The position numbers and the translations under genes are program-made. Of a DNA stretch of 64,000 bases, positions 37,303-47,165 are shown in pieces. Source of the stretch: a virus. Taxonomy: Duplodnaviria > Caudoviricetes. The stretch lies in the IMG/VR virus record IMGVR_UViG_3300005602_000003, positions 878-64,877 of that record; one strand, 5' to 3'. Position 1 is the stretch's first letter. Each line of letters opens with the position of its first letter. The notes beneath the pieces are model-generated. The model made no database searches. It was not told the DNA's origin and was given only the letters and a program-made list of their open reading frames with translations.

Positions 37303-39600
37303 TTAACCTCGGTACTGCACGATCGCGGTGTCGAGCGCCGCGCTCAACAAAGACATGTCCTTGGCAGTCGTCGTGACGGTCATGCCCTCCAGCACCCCGG
37401 TCTGCCCGACTGCCTGCGGCGGCATGACGGCGTAACCTACACCCCCGGCCGTGATCGTGTAAGGGGGCGTGGACCCGGTCTCGTTGTCGATCGTGACCGT
37501 GTAACTGTCGTTCGTCGCGTCGAAAAAGTACGCTAAGCCGAACAGCCTGTTCGATGCCCGCTGATTGACGTAGCCGCCCGGCGCGTCCCACAGTCCCGAT
37601 TGCACGGTCTTGGTGAAGCCGGTCGACGGGGTCTGGAACAGCGGGTAGATGTGCGTGCCATCCGTCCCGTAAGCCGTGTAGACCGAGTTGATCTCCTGAG
37701 CCGCGATGAACGTCAGCGTCACGTCCTGCTGGCTGGACCACCAGCGCTGGCCACCCCAGAGAAATATCTTGTTGACTTGCGTCAAACTGATCGGGTCGAT
37801 CACGGTCGCCAGGATCATCCAGATTTTCTTGTTGAAGATGTTGGCCTTGGCGGAACTCAACTGGTTGCCGCCGAAGTTCGCCACGGAATTCCACAGGCCC
37901 TTGGGCAGCCCGGAGCCGTCGAGCGCGTCGCTGATCTTGGTGAAAGTCGAGCCCGCCAGGAAGTGGACCCCGACCGAGTTGCCGAGCACGATGGCGTTGC
38001 CGAACGTTAGGACCGAGGCCGGGTAGGGCGAGCCCGTGTCCGGGTCGGCGTTGAGCCACGAGAAGCTGATGATGCCGTTGCTCACCGTCACGCCCGACAC
38101 ATAGTCGGTCGCGGAATCTCCGATCAGGTACAGGAACCCGTTGGTCGAGATCAGTTGCGTGTAGCCGACCTTAAGGTTCGAGTTGTTCGAGACGCCCGAG
38201 AAGCCGCCCGCCGTGGTGGCGAAATTGGTCGGGTCACCCGGCACGCTCGCCATCAGGACAGGGCCGTTGACGACCCAGACGTGACCCGCATAGGTCTCCA
38301 CGGCCGTGCCCTGGACCCCGAAAGGCATGAGCTCGGCTACCGCGGTCGCGTTGACGGCCGGATCCTCGATCGTAATGGTTGGCGGCGTGTTGGAGCCGTA
38401 GAGCCCGCCGCTCGCCACCGTGACGGACGTGATCACGCCGGAGCCGTTGAGCACAAGCTGGAACGTGGCTTGCGATATAGGGGAGCCGCCACCGGCCGCC
38501 GTAGCGGTCGCCGAGGCGCTATAGCCGCTGCCGCCGTTATTGACCGTCACACTCGACACCGTGAAAGCCCCGCCGTCGGAAGCCGTGACCGTGGCGTTCG
38601 AGGGTGAAGGATATATCGTGCTCTCGATGTTTCCTGGATTGACGACCGTTACGCCAGTAATGACTCCGCCCGTAATTACGGGCTGGAGGACTGGCGCGGT
38701 TATGGTTATGTGACCGGTCGTCACGCCCGGCGTGAGAGTAGTGAACTGCGAGTAGCCGCTTCCGCCGGAAATGACGGTAACCGAGCCAAAGGAAAAAAAC
38801 ACCGGCGAACTATTGTAAGGCGGAGGAGCCGGCCCGAGCGTCACCGAGAACGATGCGCCCGACCCACCGCCTGTCCCGCTCAAATTGGCGGTCAAGACGC
38901 CGCCGGAACCACCAGAGTTACCACCGGAAAAGTTGAGCGTGACGGTCTGCCCCGGCAGGTACCCGGTTCCGGGGTTCGTCACGATGACGTTGGTCACGAT
39001 GCCATTAGCTATCGACGCCAGGAAAGTAGCACCGGACCCCGAGCCACCCGACGCCGTGACGGTCGGAACCGTCTTATAGCCCGAGCCGGTATTGGTCAGC
39101 GTCACCAGCGGCCCGATGCCGCCGGCCTGCGACAGGAAGGTGCCGTTCCAGATCCAGTAGCCGTTGGTCTGATTGGCGACGATGATCAAATAGAGTTGGC
39201 CGTACTGCGTGACCCCGACATTGGTGATCGACGGAGTCAGAATCGTGCCGGCCGGCGCGATCGTGGTCGCGGCTCCGTTCGACACCTGTATCTGGACGAT
39301 CGAGCCATCAGACAGGAAAACCGCGCAGTAGGCGACGGCCTGCAGGTTATAGAAAGCGAAGAGCTTGACGGTAAGCCCGCCGGTCGCGGTGTAGAGCGCG
39401 GTGCCGACGCCGTACATCGTACGCAGGTTGCGCTTGGCGATCGGCATGAAGCCGTCGCACCACGCCATCTTGTCGTTAGGCACGCCTGCGCGCGGCACCT
39501 GCGTGTCGATGCCGGCCCAGTCCTCGAAGACCAGGACCGGAGGGCCGGGGGGCTTGTAGGGGCTTGAGGGCTTGGGGCCTTCGATTTGGGGGGCTTGCAT
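37303..39600 (-). CDS. Tail nozzle/hub protein with Gly/Ser/Thr repeat insertion
   Basis: Beta-propeller-like termini interrupted by repeated V.VTN.GSGY units; synteny after the adaptor genes. Confidence 0.7.
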   Translation of the reverse strand: MQAPQIEGPKPSSPYKPPGPPVLVFEDWAGIDTQVPRAGVPNDKMAWCDGFMPIAKRNLRTMYGVGTALYTATGGLTVKLFAFYNLQAVAYCAVFLSDGSIVQIQVSNGAATTIAPAGTILTPSITNVGVTQYGQLYLIIVANQTNGYWIWNGTFLSQAGGIGPLVTLTNTGSGYKTVPTVTASGGSGSGATFLASIANGIVTNVIVTNPGTGYLPGQTVTLNFSGGNSGGSGGVLTANLSGTGGGSGASFSVTLGPAPPPYNSSPVFFSFGSVTVISGGSGYSQFTTLTPGVTTGHITITAPVLQPVITGGVITGVTVVNPGNIESTIYPSPSNATVTASDGGAFTVSSVTVNNGGSGYSASATATAAGGGSPISQATFQLVLNGSGVITSVTVASGGLYGSNTPPTITIEDPAVNATAVAELMPFGVQGTAVETYAGHVWVVNGPVLMASVPGDPTNFATTAGGFSGVSNNSNLKVGYTQLISTNGFLYLIGDSATDYVSGVTVSNGIISFSWLNADPDTGSPYPASVLTFGNAIVLGNSVGVHFLAGSTFTKISDALDGSGLPKGLWNSVANFGGNQLSSAKANIFNKKIWMILATVIDPISLTQVNKIFLWGGQRWWSSQQDVTLTFIAAQEINSVYTAYGTDGTHIYPLFQTPSTGFTKTVQSGLWDAPGGYVNQRASNRLFGLAYFFDATNDSYTVTIDNETGSTPPYTITAGGVGYAVMPPQAVGQTGVLEGMTVTTTAKDMSLLSAALDTAIVQYRG

Positions 39601-39616
39601 GATTCGCTAAGCCCTG

Positions 39617-40552
39617 TCAATACCTACCATACGGGTTGACCACCCTCGATGGACGAGCGGCCTGCGAGCGACGCACCACGCTGTTCTCGTACAGCTTCAT
39701 ATAATACTCAGCCGCGTTTAGATTTTGATAATTCAAGTAGCAAAGATGCGCAGCGTAGTACGCCACGGACTGCGCCCATGGATGCGGCACAGCATCATAA
39801 CTTTGGTCGTCAAGCAAATCAGACGGGGCACACAAACAGTCCCACTGCCACTGAAACTGCTGCGAGGCTAATGGGTACGCATAAATGGAGCCGTCGGAAC
39901 CCTGACCAAATTGTGCAGCGAACGTTGGTACGAACAAATATTGAAACGGAAATTGGGCGACCCGCGCCAAATATTCAGAAAACGCGTAAGTCGGTAAGGC
40001 ATACCTATAGTTGCTGTAGATAATCACCGGATTTGATCGCAGAGCATAAACGTAATCAATGCCAGGCCACCAGCTTTGCACGGGCAGATCGGAAAACTGA
40101 TACACTTCTTGATTAGGTTGCAGCAAATTCATCGGTGACAAGGTCAACGAGATAGAAGCGCCAGTTCCAGTAGGATCGATAATCCCGGCTTGGGGTTGGA
40201 AGTATCCACTACCGCCAAACACGATATCAACCGCGGCAATCGTGCCGCCAAGCAAGATCGCATTGCTCGTCGCCTGGGCACCATTAGGGTACGGAGCGAG
40301 TCCGCTCGGAAAATCCGGTGCGGTGATGCTCACCACTGGTGCGGTATAACCCGTGCCTGGATCAACAACCGTTGCGGACACCACTGATGCGCTTATTGGC
40401 GTCAAACGCCGAATACACTGAGCTCGTTCGGCTACCTCACGGCGGCCCTGATTAATGTATGCAATCAAATCGTCGGGATTCGTCTGCTCCTGCTTCGTAT
40501 CCCGAATCAGTCGTTGCACAAGCTGCATATAGCCAAAAAGGGTTGCCATCAC
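39617..40552 (-). CDS. Head-tail adaptor-like protein
   Basis: LIAYINQGRREVA...W..SVAYYAAHL; paralogous pattern to 41166-41936. Confidence 0.65.
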   Translation of the reverse strand: MMATLFGYMQLVQRLIRDTKQEQTNPDDLIAYINQGRREVAERAQCIRRLTPISASVVSATVVDPGTGYTAPVVSITAPDFPSGLAPYPNGAQATSNAILLGGTIAAVDIVFGGSGYFQPQAGIIDPTGTGASISLTLSPMNLLQPNQEVYQFSDLPVQSWWPGIDYVYALRSNPVIIYSNYRYALPTYAFSEYLARVAQFPFQYLFVPTFAAQFGQGSDGSIYAYPLASQQFQWQWDCLCAPSDLLDDQSYDAVPHPWAQSVAYYAAHLCYLNYQNLNAAEYYMKLYENSVVRRSQAARPSRVVNPYGRY

Positions 40553-40638
40553 GTGGCCTCCCTGCTATAAAAACGAGGCAGGAAGGCGCTGGTAACGCCC
40601 TCGACTGCCTCTGACCAAGCCGATCTCAGGAGGATCGA

Positions 40639-41163
40639 ATGGCTAAACGCAGCAAAACATATTCTGGCGTACAGCGCAACGATTTGACGGCGCGCTATGT
40701 TCGCCGGCTTCTTCGATATGTGCCTAAGACGGGTAAATTTTTCTGGAACGAAGCCCGGTATCGCCGGATCAAAAAAGGTGATGAAGCCGGATCGCCCACT
40801 GCCAGGGGCTATGTGACCATCGGAATAGACGGGCATAACTACTTGGCCCATCGGCTCGCCTATTTGTGGATGACAGGCAAGTGGCCCAAACATTTTATCG
40901 ACCACCGAAAAGGAAAAAGCAATCGTTGGGCCAACATAAGGCCAGCCACAAACAGTGAAAATCTTTGTTACCGCGGCAAAACAAAATATAATACTAGCGG
41001 ATACAAATGCGTGTACCTCAACAAGCGTACGGGCAAATGGTACTCCCACATCACCGTAGCCAAGCGCGCAAAACACTTGGGCACGTTCGACGCAGCTAAA
41101 GATGCAGCAAAAGCGTACAGGCGTGCCGCTAAACATTATCACGGACAATTCGCGATGACATAA
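40639..41163 (+). CDS. HNH homing endonuclease (AP2-like C-terminus), antisense insertion
   Basis: AHRLA, IDH...NRWANIR, NTSGYK, HLGTF. Confidence 0.9.
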   Translation: MAKRSKTYSGVQRNDLTARYVRRLLRYVPKTGKFFWNEARYRRIKKGDEAGSPTARGYVTIGIDGHNYLAHRLAYLWMTGKWPKHFIDHRKGKSNRWANIRPATNSENLCYRGKTKYNTSGYKCVYLNKRTGKWYSHITVAKRAKHLGTFDAAKDAAKAYRRAAKHYHGQFAMT

Positions 41164-41165
41164 AT

Positions 41166-41936
41166 TCATTGTTGCTCGCCTCTCGGCTGCAGCCCCATCT
41201 TATTTGTCTGCGCAACATCTTGCGCTTGAGAATACATATAACGCAGCACAGATGGATTGGAATTCCTGCGCGCATTAGCCATGAACTGCCGATAATGTTC
41301 CGAATACATTCTTGCCGCCTGTGCCTCGCGCTCCGAAGTCTGCGAAGACATAAGCGCGTAGTACGCCGAAAGAAAGCTAACGGCGTCGGTCCAAAAATAT
41401 GAAAGTGCTTCGACCGTCGAATCATCAACGAGTGCGATCGGATACGCCGAACAGTCGCAATTCAGCGTATAGACCGCGTCCGGGATCGGGTCGACATAGA
41501 AGCTTCCCGTCCCCTTCGTACCAGCGCCCCCGCCAACTCCGGGATCAGCCGCGCCCTGGGAAAACTGGCTCCAATGTCGTGGCTGCCCGCTCGAAGGCAC
41601 CGGGTTGTTCAGATAGTACGTGAAAAACCAGGGCCACTCACGCGCGTACACCTGCTTCTGTCCGGTACCGACCGAGAAATTGATCTGCTGGACGTTGATC
41701 GCCCCCTGAATGCCAGTGGTCGCTGCAACTCCGAAGCTGATCTGGTCAAAATTGTACGCCCGCTGCCCAACGACGGTCTGAATCGTGCCCATGGCGCGAA
41801 TCGCCTCGGCTTCGCCGGCCACCTGCCCGCGTGCCGTGTTGATCCAAGTCGTGAGGTTGGCAGTCGAATAGAGGGTGCTAGGCGCCCCAGGGTTCTGGAG
41901 CAACGACTGCGTCGCCGCCAAATACGCATTCAGCAC
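41166..41936 (-). CDS. Head-tail adaptor-like protein
   Basis: LTTWINTARGQVA...PIPDAVY...WTDAVSFLSAYYA. Confidence 0.65.
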   Translation of the reverse strand: MLNAYLAATQSLLQNPGAPSTLYSTANLTTWINTARGQVAGEAEAIRAMGTIQTVVGQRAYNFDQISFGVAATTGIQGAINVQQINFSVGTGQKQVYAREWPWFFTYYLNNPVPSSGQPRHWSQFSQGAADPGVGGGAGTKGTGSFYVDPIPDAVYTLNCDCSAYPIALVDDSTVEALSYFWTDAVSFLSAYYALMSSQTSEREAQAARMYSEHYRQFMANARRNSNPSVLRYMYSQAQDVAQTNKMGLQPRGEQQ

Positions 41937-41948
41937 CTCGGGCCTCCA

Positions 41949-42242
41949 TCACGGGCTGACCCGTCGTGCATAAATGAGCCCTATGGCCGGGTTGCTGCGC
42001 TCGGCGTCGAGTACAAAATTGGCTTGGCTGCCATCAGCGGTCTTGCACAGCACCGGCGAACCAGTCCGCATGGCCTGCTGGATGCCCCCCGCGGGGGCTC
42101 CGACGTAGTTCACGGACCCGGGCGGGTTGGTGGCCACGGCCACGGCGCCCTCGCCCACGGCCGTCGTATCCGGCAACGTGACGACCTGGCTCCCGTTGCC
42201 GCAACCCACTCCGTAGATCGTGGCTCCGAGCGTGTTCGTCAT
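41949..42242 (-). CDS. Small virion-module protein
   Basis: True start is MTNTLGATIYG (ATG 42242). Confidence 0.6.
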   Translation of the reverse strand: MTNTLGATIYGVGCGNGSQVVTLPDTTAVGEGAVAVATNPPGSVNYVGAPAGGIQQAMRTGSPVLCKTADGSQANFVLDAERSNPAIGLIYARRVSP

Positions 42243-42661
42243 CAAACCGCCGCGAGCTTGTCGATCGTTTCGAGCACAGCCAGCTTCGAGCCACCGACGA
42301 AGTGGACGATCGAGTGCTCGGGAACGGCCGGCTCCGCCTTGCGCGGCGCGACTGCCTCTAGGGCGGGCGCTGCCGGCGTATCCGGGACCTCGTCCACGGC
42401 CGGGAGAGCCACGACCTCGGGGATCTCGGGCACCACCACATTGCCGGACGCGTCCTTGACGGCCGGGACCGCGGGACGCCCCTCGACGGCGGGACGCGAC
42501 GGACGGCCGGCGATGAACTTGCGCTCGGCGACCGCCGGGGAACCGGGGTGTTCGGCCTTGGCCGGAGCCGCCGGCACATACTCCACCGTCAGCACGTTGG
42601 CGCTGTTGATGAGCTCCGACTTGCCGGTGTCTTTCCGAGTGACCTTGATCAACGTACCCAT
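42242..42661 (-). CDS. Small protein with Pro/Ala/Val repeat insert (FlbD-like termini)
   Basis: IKVTR...IN...VE [PAV repeats] SIVHFVGGSKLAVLET. Confidence 0.65.
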   Translation of the reverse strand: MGTLIKVTRKDTGKSELINSANVLTVEYVPAAPAKAEHPGSPAVAERKFIAGRPSRPAVEGRPAVPAVKDASGNVVVPEIPEVVALPAVDEVPDTPAAPALEAVAPRKAEPAVPEHSIVHFVGGSKLAVLETIDKLAAV

Positions 42662-42694
42662 GACAATAAACCTTTCTGGCCCGCCATCGGCGGG

Positions 42695-43870
42695 TTACGG
42701 TGCCGGCTGGAGGACCACGATATCCGGCGAAGAACCCATCTGCAGCCCGATCGAGGCCACGGTCGACGGTGCCGCCACGCCGGTCGCCTGAAGGAAGAAC
42801 GCGGACGGCGTGCCCTCGAAGAGGCCGCCGTCGTAGATGACGCCGGTCGACCCGACCGAGATCGAAGTGTTGGCGGGCGTGAGCAGGATCTGAGCCGGCC
42901 GCGGCAGCCATGCCAGATGCAGCGAGTTCGGATTGACGATCGACCCGGCCGATGGGGCGCCGCCGATCGTGACGATGCCCTGCGCGCCCGTGCCGTAGCC
43001 GACGCCCGGACCCGTGACCGAAGCCGCCGTCACGGTCTGCATGACGTTGGCGGTGAGCGACGGCGTGCCGGTGCCGATGCCGGTAACGGTCAGCGTCACG
43101 GTGAGGGTGCCGTTGGGCTGCGCCTGGCCATTGTTCGTGCAGATAGCGCCGGTCAGCGAGCCGGAACCGGTCAGCGAGAACGAGATGGTGGCGGCCGTGA
43201 TGCCGATGTTGATGTTCGGGTCGTACGGCGACGGCAGCACCACGCCGATCGGCGGCGATGAGTAGCCGGCGCCCGGGTTGGTGAAGCTGAAGGCCGACAC
43301 GGTGCCGCTGGTAATGACGCAGTAACCACTGGCCGGCGTACCGCCGACCCCGTTCGAGTTGACGACGGCCGGAGCCGGCGCCGGGATGAACACCAGGGGG
43401 GCGATACCGTAGCCAGCGCCAGCGCTCGACAGCGTCGGGGCGTTGTTGTTCAGGAGCTGGCCGCCGATGATCGGCAGCCACGTCGATCCGGCCGGCACCG
43501 CCGTGATCGTGGTGGTGGCCTGGGTCATGCCGCCGGTACCATAGGAGGCAACGGAAGCCGACACCGGGCAGCCGGTCAGGTTGGCGAGCCGGACATTGAA
43601 GCCGTCGCTCTTGATGAAGCTGATCCCGCGACCGCCATAAGCCGCGCTGTTGCCCCGAGCCCAAGTATTGGTAATCGGATCCAGGTACTGAATGATCGCG
43701 TAGAAGCCGGCCGAGATATACCAGTCGCCAGCCGGGATGACGATGCAGTCGCCGGGGCCGAGGCACAAGCTGTTGGTCGAGATATCAGCCGGAGCGCCGA
43801 AAAGCTCGGTCGGGTAGAGATACTGCGGAAGCTGCAGACCTACGCCGGGACCTGAAAGCGGAGAGGGCAT
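42695..43870 (-). CDS. Capsid decoration/minor structural protein
   Basis: Immediately after the major capsid gene; AAGGAG RBS; Gly/Ser/Thr-rich. Confidence 0.65.
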   Translation of the reverse strand: MPSPLSGPGVGLQLPQYLYPTELFGAPADISTNSLCLGPGDCIVIPAGDWYISAGFYAIIQYLDPITNTWARGNSAAYGGRGISFIKSDGFNVRLANLTGCPVSASVASYGTGGMTQATTTITAVPAGSTWLPIIGGQLLNNNAPTLSSAGAGYGIAPLVFIPAPAPAVVNSNGVGGTPASGYCVITSGTVSAFSFTNPGAGYSSPPIGVVLPSPYDPNINIGITAATISFSLTGSGSLTGAICTNNGQAQPNGTLTVTLTVTGIGTGTPSLTANVMQTVTAASVTGPGVGYGTGAQGIVTIGGAPSAGSIVNPNSLHLAWLPRPAQILLTPANTSISVGSTGVIYDGGLFEGTPSAFFLQATGVAAPSTVASIGLQMGSSPDIVVLQPAP

Positions 43871-43882
43871 TCTGCTTGCTCC

Positions 43883-44935
43883 TTAAAACGCTGCCGCGCC
43901 GATGTTGTAAATGGCGGCGCCGGAAGACGACTTGGTGCAGACGTAATCGTAGCCGACCACCACGACACCTTGCTGCCCGATCTGTCCAAGCGGCACCAGT
44001 GAATAGAAGCCCGAAAAGTCGAAGGCCGCATCCTCGGACAAATACATCGACATGTACTTGACGTTCGGGAAATAGGCCGTGCCCTTCGGACAGAAGTGGT
44101 CCATGAAGATCGGGATGCCGGCAATATTGATGTTCGGGAACGATGACCGGACGGTCGTGTCCATGTTGTAGGACGCGCCGGGGTTGACGTAGACGTTCTC
44201 GGTCGCGATCAGCGAGTTGTTGAGCGTCGCGTAATCGCCCGGCGCCATGACGCCGAAAGTCGGAGCTTCGCCACCCGCCTTGTCGGTGATCTGAATCAGG
44301 GCGCTCGACATCGACTGCCGGTTGAACCCAACGGTCGCCGGGGACGTGGTGGCGCCCGTCGTGATCGTGTTGGCGTTGATGTACTGGCCCTGGAACGCCG
44401 AATTGCCGGCCGCGTTGCGGTTGATGCCGCCGTACGTCGCCACATTGGTGCCGTTGTCGAACGCGTTGTAGAACGAGTCCGGGAACAGCGGGTTGTTGGT
44501 GTTGTTGGTGAACGACAGCGTGGCCATCTGCTGGCGCGTCACCGCGTACACGTCGTTCATGCGCGCCTTGAGCAGGCTGATCTCGCGATCGGTAGCCTGC
44601 AAGACGGTTTCGCCGAACGGCAGCGGAACAGGGACGACCCAGTAGGCGAGGTTCCACTGGCCATTTTGAATCCCGGGCGTGATGACGGGGCTGTTGAATC
44701 CACCGCCGTAGCCGGTGAAAGAACCCTGCACCATCGAGTTCCCTTGCAACGGAACAGTAACCTGATTCAGACCACCGGCCGCGCGCTGCGCGTTGCCGGT
44801 CATGTAGAAAAGTGTGGGGCTTCCGAAGTATATTTGTACAAAAAGACGAGGGACGAAAGCCCTGCGTGTCACTGCGGCTAGTTCACTATAAAGTGAACCA
44901 GCAGAAGGGGCAACTCCAATTCCGGGAAGCGGCAC
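43883..44935 (-). CDS. Major capsid protein
   Basis: 350 aa; ELAAVTRRAF, YGGINR, IAGIPIFMDHFCP; AAGGAG RBS; follows the scaffold gene. Confidence 0.85.
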   Translation of the reverse strand: MPLPGIGVAPSAGSLYSELAAVTRRAFVPRLFVQIYFGSPTLFYMTGNAQRAAGGLNQVTVPLQGNSMVQGSFTGYGGGFNSPVITPGIQNGQWNLAYWVVPVPLPFGETVLQATDREISLLKARMNDVYAVTRQQMATLSFTNNTNNPLFPDSFYNAFDNGTNVATYGGINRNAAGNSAFQGQYINANTITTGATTSPATVGFNRQSMSSALIQITDKAGGEAPTFGVMAPGDYATLNNSLIATENVYVNPGASYNMDTTVRSSFPNINIAGIPIFMDHFCPKGTAYFPNVKYMSMYLSEDAAFDFSGFYSLVPLGQIGQQGVVVVGYDYVCTKSSSGAAIYNIGAAAF

Positions 44936-44951
44936 GGCTAACTCCTTCTAC

Positions 44952-44980
44952 TTGACTTCCCCAAGTGGCATGAGTAAGCT
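44952..44980 (+). promoter_or_regulatory. Sigma70-like promoter of the antisense HNH gene
   Basis: TTGACT-17 nt-TAAGCT followed by AAGGAG RBS and ATG 45011. Confidence 0.65.
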
Positions 44981-45010
44981 GACCTTCGTTGCGAACAAAG
45001 GAGCAAGCCC

Positions 45011-45787
45011 ATGCCACTTGAGAAATCGTGCTTGAATTGTGGAATCGTGTTCCACAGCTACCCGAGCGAAAACCAGAAGTTCTGCAGCATAGCGTGCCGC
45101 AGCAGCTACCGATTCAACACGCCGACCGCCGCGAAAAACGCCGTCACGCTTCACTGCAAAGAATGCGGAAACGCCTTTTCGATGGTCCAATCTTATTTGG
45201 ACGCCTACAAAAAGAAATTTGGACACGAGCCATTGTACTGCTCGATTCCGTGCTCGGCCGAAGGTCGAAAAAAGACGGCCGAAGAAAAGAACCGATTCGT
45301 CTGCCTTTGCTGCGGCAAAGAAGGAAGCAAAAGGCGTAAACCCGGAGGCCGTCTCTATCTCCAACAGAAATTTTGCAACCAAAAATGCAAAGTCGACTAC
45401 CAGTCGAAGCAGGCCGTAGATCGCTTTAACGAAGGAAACTACCGGACCCACATAAAGCGCCACGGATACGCTTGGATAACGATCCCAATTCTTGGAAGAA
45501 CGGGACGCAAGCACATCATGGAACATCGGTATGTGATGTCCAAGCATCTCAAACGCGACTTGCTCGCCGACGAGACGGTGCATCACAGGGATGGAAACCG
45601 GACTAACAACGATCTTTCGAACCTTGAACTGTTTAGCAGCCGGCACGGACCCGGACAACGCGTCGTCGACAAAGTCGAGTTCGCGATAGAGATTCTGACT
45701 CTCTACCCCGAATTCGCCAAAGCCGCTGGTGTCCGCCTGGAGCATATCAGCGACCACTCCGAATCGACGCCAGAGTGTCGTGAATGA
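45011..45787 (+). CDS. HNH endonuclease with tandem Cys zinc-ribbon repeats
   Basis: Three CxxC...(F/Y)Cxxx C repeats; EHRYVM, VHHRDGNRTNNDLSNLEL. Confidence 0.9.
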   Translation: MPLEKSCLNCGIVFHSYPSENQKFCSIACRSSYRFNTPTAAKNAVTLHCKECGNAFSMVQSYLDAYKKKFGHEPLYCSIPCSAEGRKKTAEEKNRFVCLCCGKEGSKRRKPGGRLYLQQKFCNQKCKVDYQSKQAVDRFNEGNYRTHIKRHGYAWITIPILGRTGRKHIMEHRYVMSKHLKRDLLADETVHHRDGNRTNNDLSNLELFSSRHGPGQRVVDKVEFAIEILTLYPEFAKAAGVRLEHISDHSESTPECRE

Positions 45788-46343
45788 CCTGATCAGCCGC
45801 CATCATGGAGGCGCGCTCGTCGCTCTTGGCGTCGAGCAGCTTCTTGGTGAACGCGTCGCCGGTATCGGCCTGCGCGCCGTCCATGAAATTCCACGAGCCG
45901 GTGACGCCAGGCATGGACGGCGGCGGCGCCGGGTTGCGACGCTGGAAGATCGCATCGGCGGCTTCGAAGTCCATGAGGCTCTTCTCCTCCATGATCTTCT
46001 TGAGCTCTTCGATGCCCTTGTCGGTGTAGCCGTCCTTGCGGGCGGCCGCGATCACGCTGTCGTACTTCGAGGTGAGCGACGCAGTGGTGCGCTCCTTCTC
46101 GCGCTCCTCGCGTTCGGCACGGAGCGTCTCTTCGAGCTTCTTGACCCGCTCGTCGACCTGACTGACTGCATCCACGGCGGGTTTGAGCATGTCGGCGCGC
46201 GGCGTCCGCACGTCGGGATCGGCTTCCTTGTGGAGGCGTTCCAGCTCCAGGGCTCGCTTGGGATCCGACGTGATCTTGGCGATCACGCCCTTGAGGGCGC
46301 GCGCTTCGAGCAGCTCGTTCTCGTCGACCTCGATCTTGGGCAT
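45747..46343 (-). CDS. Capsid scaffolding protein
   Basis: Charged coiled coil directly upstream of the capsid gene. Confidence 0.7.
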   Translation of the reverse strand: MPKIEVDENELLEARALKGVIAKITSDPKRALELERLHKEADPDVRTPRADMLKPAVDAVSQVDERVKKLEETLRAEREEREKERTTASLTSKYDSVIAAARKDGYTDKGIEELKKIMEEKSLMDFEAADAIFQRRNPAPPPSMPGVTGSWNFMDGAQADTGDAFTKKLLDAKSDERASMMAADQVIHDTLASIRSGR

Positions 46344-46346
46344 GGC

Positions 46347-46538
46347 TTACTTCGCCCCGCCCATGTTCGACCCGGCGTTCGGGACGTGCGAGAGGCCCAT
46401 GACCTCGGACTTATCCTGCGCCGGCAGGTGGCTCTTGCGACCGCCAAGGTCGATCTGCTCCATGCCGACCCGCACGATCTGCGCGTCGCTGGTCGGGATC
46501 GACTTGGCGGAATTCTGGAAGATGTTCAGATTGGACAT
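46347..46538 (-). CDS. Small head-module protein
   Basis: MSNLNIFQNSAK; GGAG RBS. Confidence 0.65.
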   Translation of the reverse strand: MSNLNIFQNSAKSIPTSDAQIVRVGMEQIDLGGRKSHLPAQDKSEVMGLSHVPNAGSNMGGAK

Positions 46539-46551
46539 GCGCGATCTCCGT

Positions 46552-46734
46552 TCAGTAATCGTGCCCGCGACGCGGACGCTCGGTGCTGACGACGCCTCGA
46601 CCCGGCTCATGAACCATGCCGGGGAGGCGGGCCATCTTGTAGGTGTCGGAATAGACCTGGGCGGAACGCACGACCTCGTCGCCGCTCGGCATTTCCTTGG
46701 TCTGATTCTCGAAAATGGTGTCCCGGGCCATCAC
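46552..46734 (-). CDS. Small head-module protein
   Basis: MARDTIFENQTK; overlaps the upstream stop. Confidence 0.6.
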   Translation of the reverse strand: MMARDTIFENQTKEMPSGDEVVRSAQVYSDTYKMARLPGMVHEPGRGVVSTERPRRGHDY

Positions 46735-47159
46735 GCTGCCTTCGCCTGCCCGCCTGCGGCGGAGCCACCACCGGCGGCTTTGCTCTGCAGATACTGCTGC
46801 ATCTGCTGATTGTTGGCCTGGCTCTTCATGGCGAGCTGATTGATCTGGTTGGTCTGCGAGCTCGGCGTCATGGAGCCGGGTGGCACGAACTTGGACAGCT
46901 TCTTGATGGTCTCTGAAACGGCGGCACCCAGCTCGCCCGTGACCCCGATCATCTTCACGATCTCGTCGAGCTTCATCACCACGAGACCAAGCCCTTGCAG
47001 CGCCTGCGCCTCGTAGCCCCGGTTCGGGGTCGGCTGCGTGGCGCCCGAATTGCCGAACGGCGACCCGCCTGCGGCGGGCTGACCCGGCTGGGGCGAACCG
47101 CCCGCACCCGCCGGAGGCGGGGCGGGGGTTTGACCAGGAATTGGAGCTTGGTCGGGCAT
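46731..47159 (-). CDS. Pro/Gly/Gln-rich head-module protein
   Basis: Low-complexity termini around a helical core. Confidence 0.7.
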   Translation of the reverse strand: MPDQAPIPGQTPAPPPAGAGGSPQPGQPAAGGSPFGNSGATQPTPNRGYEAQALQGLGLVVMKLDEIVKMIGVTGELGAAVSETIKKLSKFVPPGSMTPSSQTNQINQLAMKSQANNQQMQQYLQSKAAGGGSAAGGQAKAA

Positions 47160-47165
47160 CAGTGC

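Noticed and set aside
41949-43766. 605-aa ORF and other long overlapping ORFs (e.g. 3691-4947, 48521-49813, 33457-34647)
   Set aside because: Shadow frames of high-GC genes with Arg/Pro-rich nonsense composition; only the last 97 codons of 41949-43766 look real.
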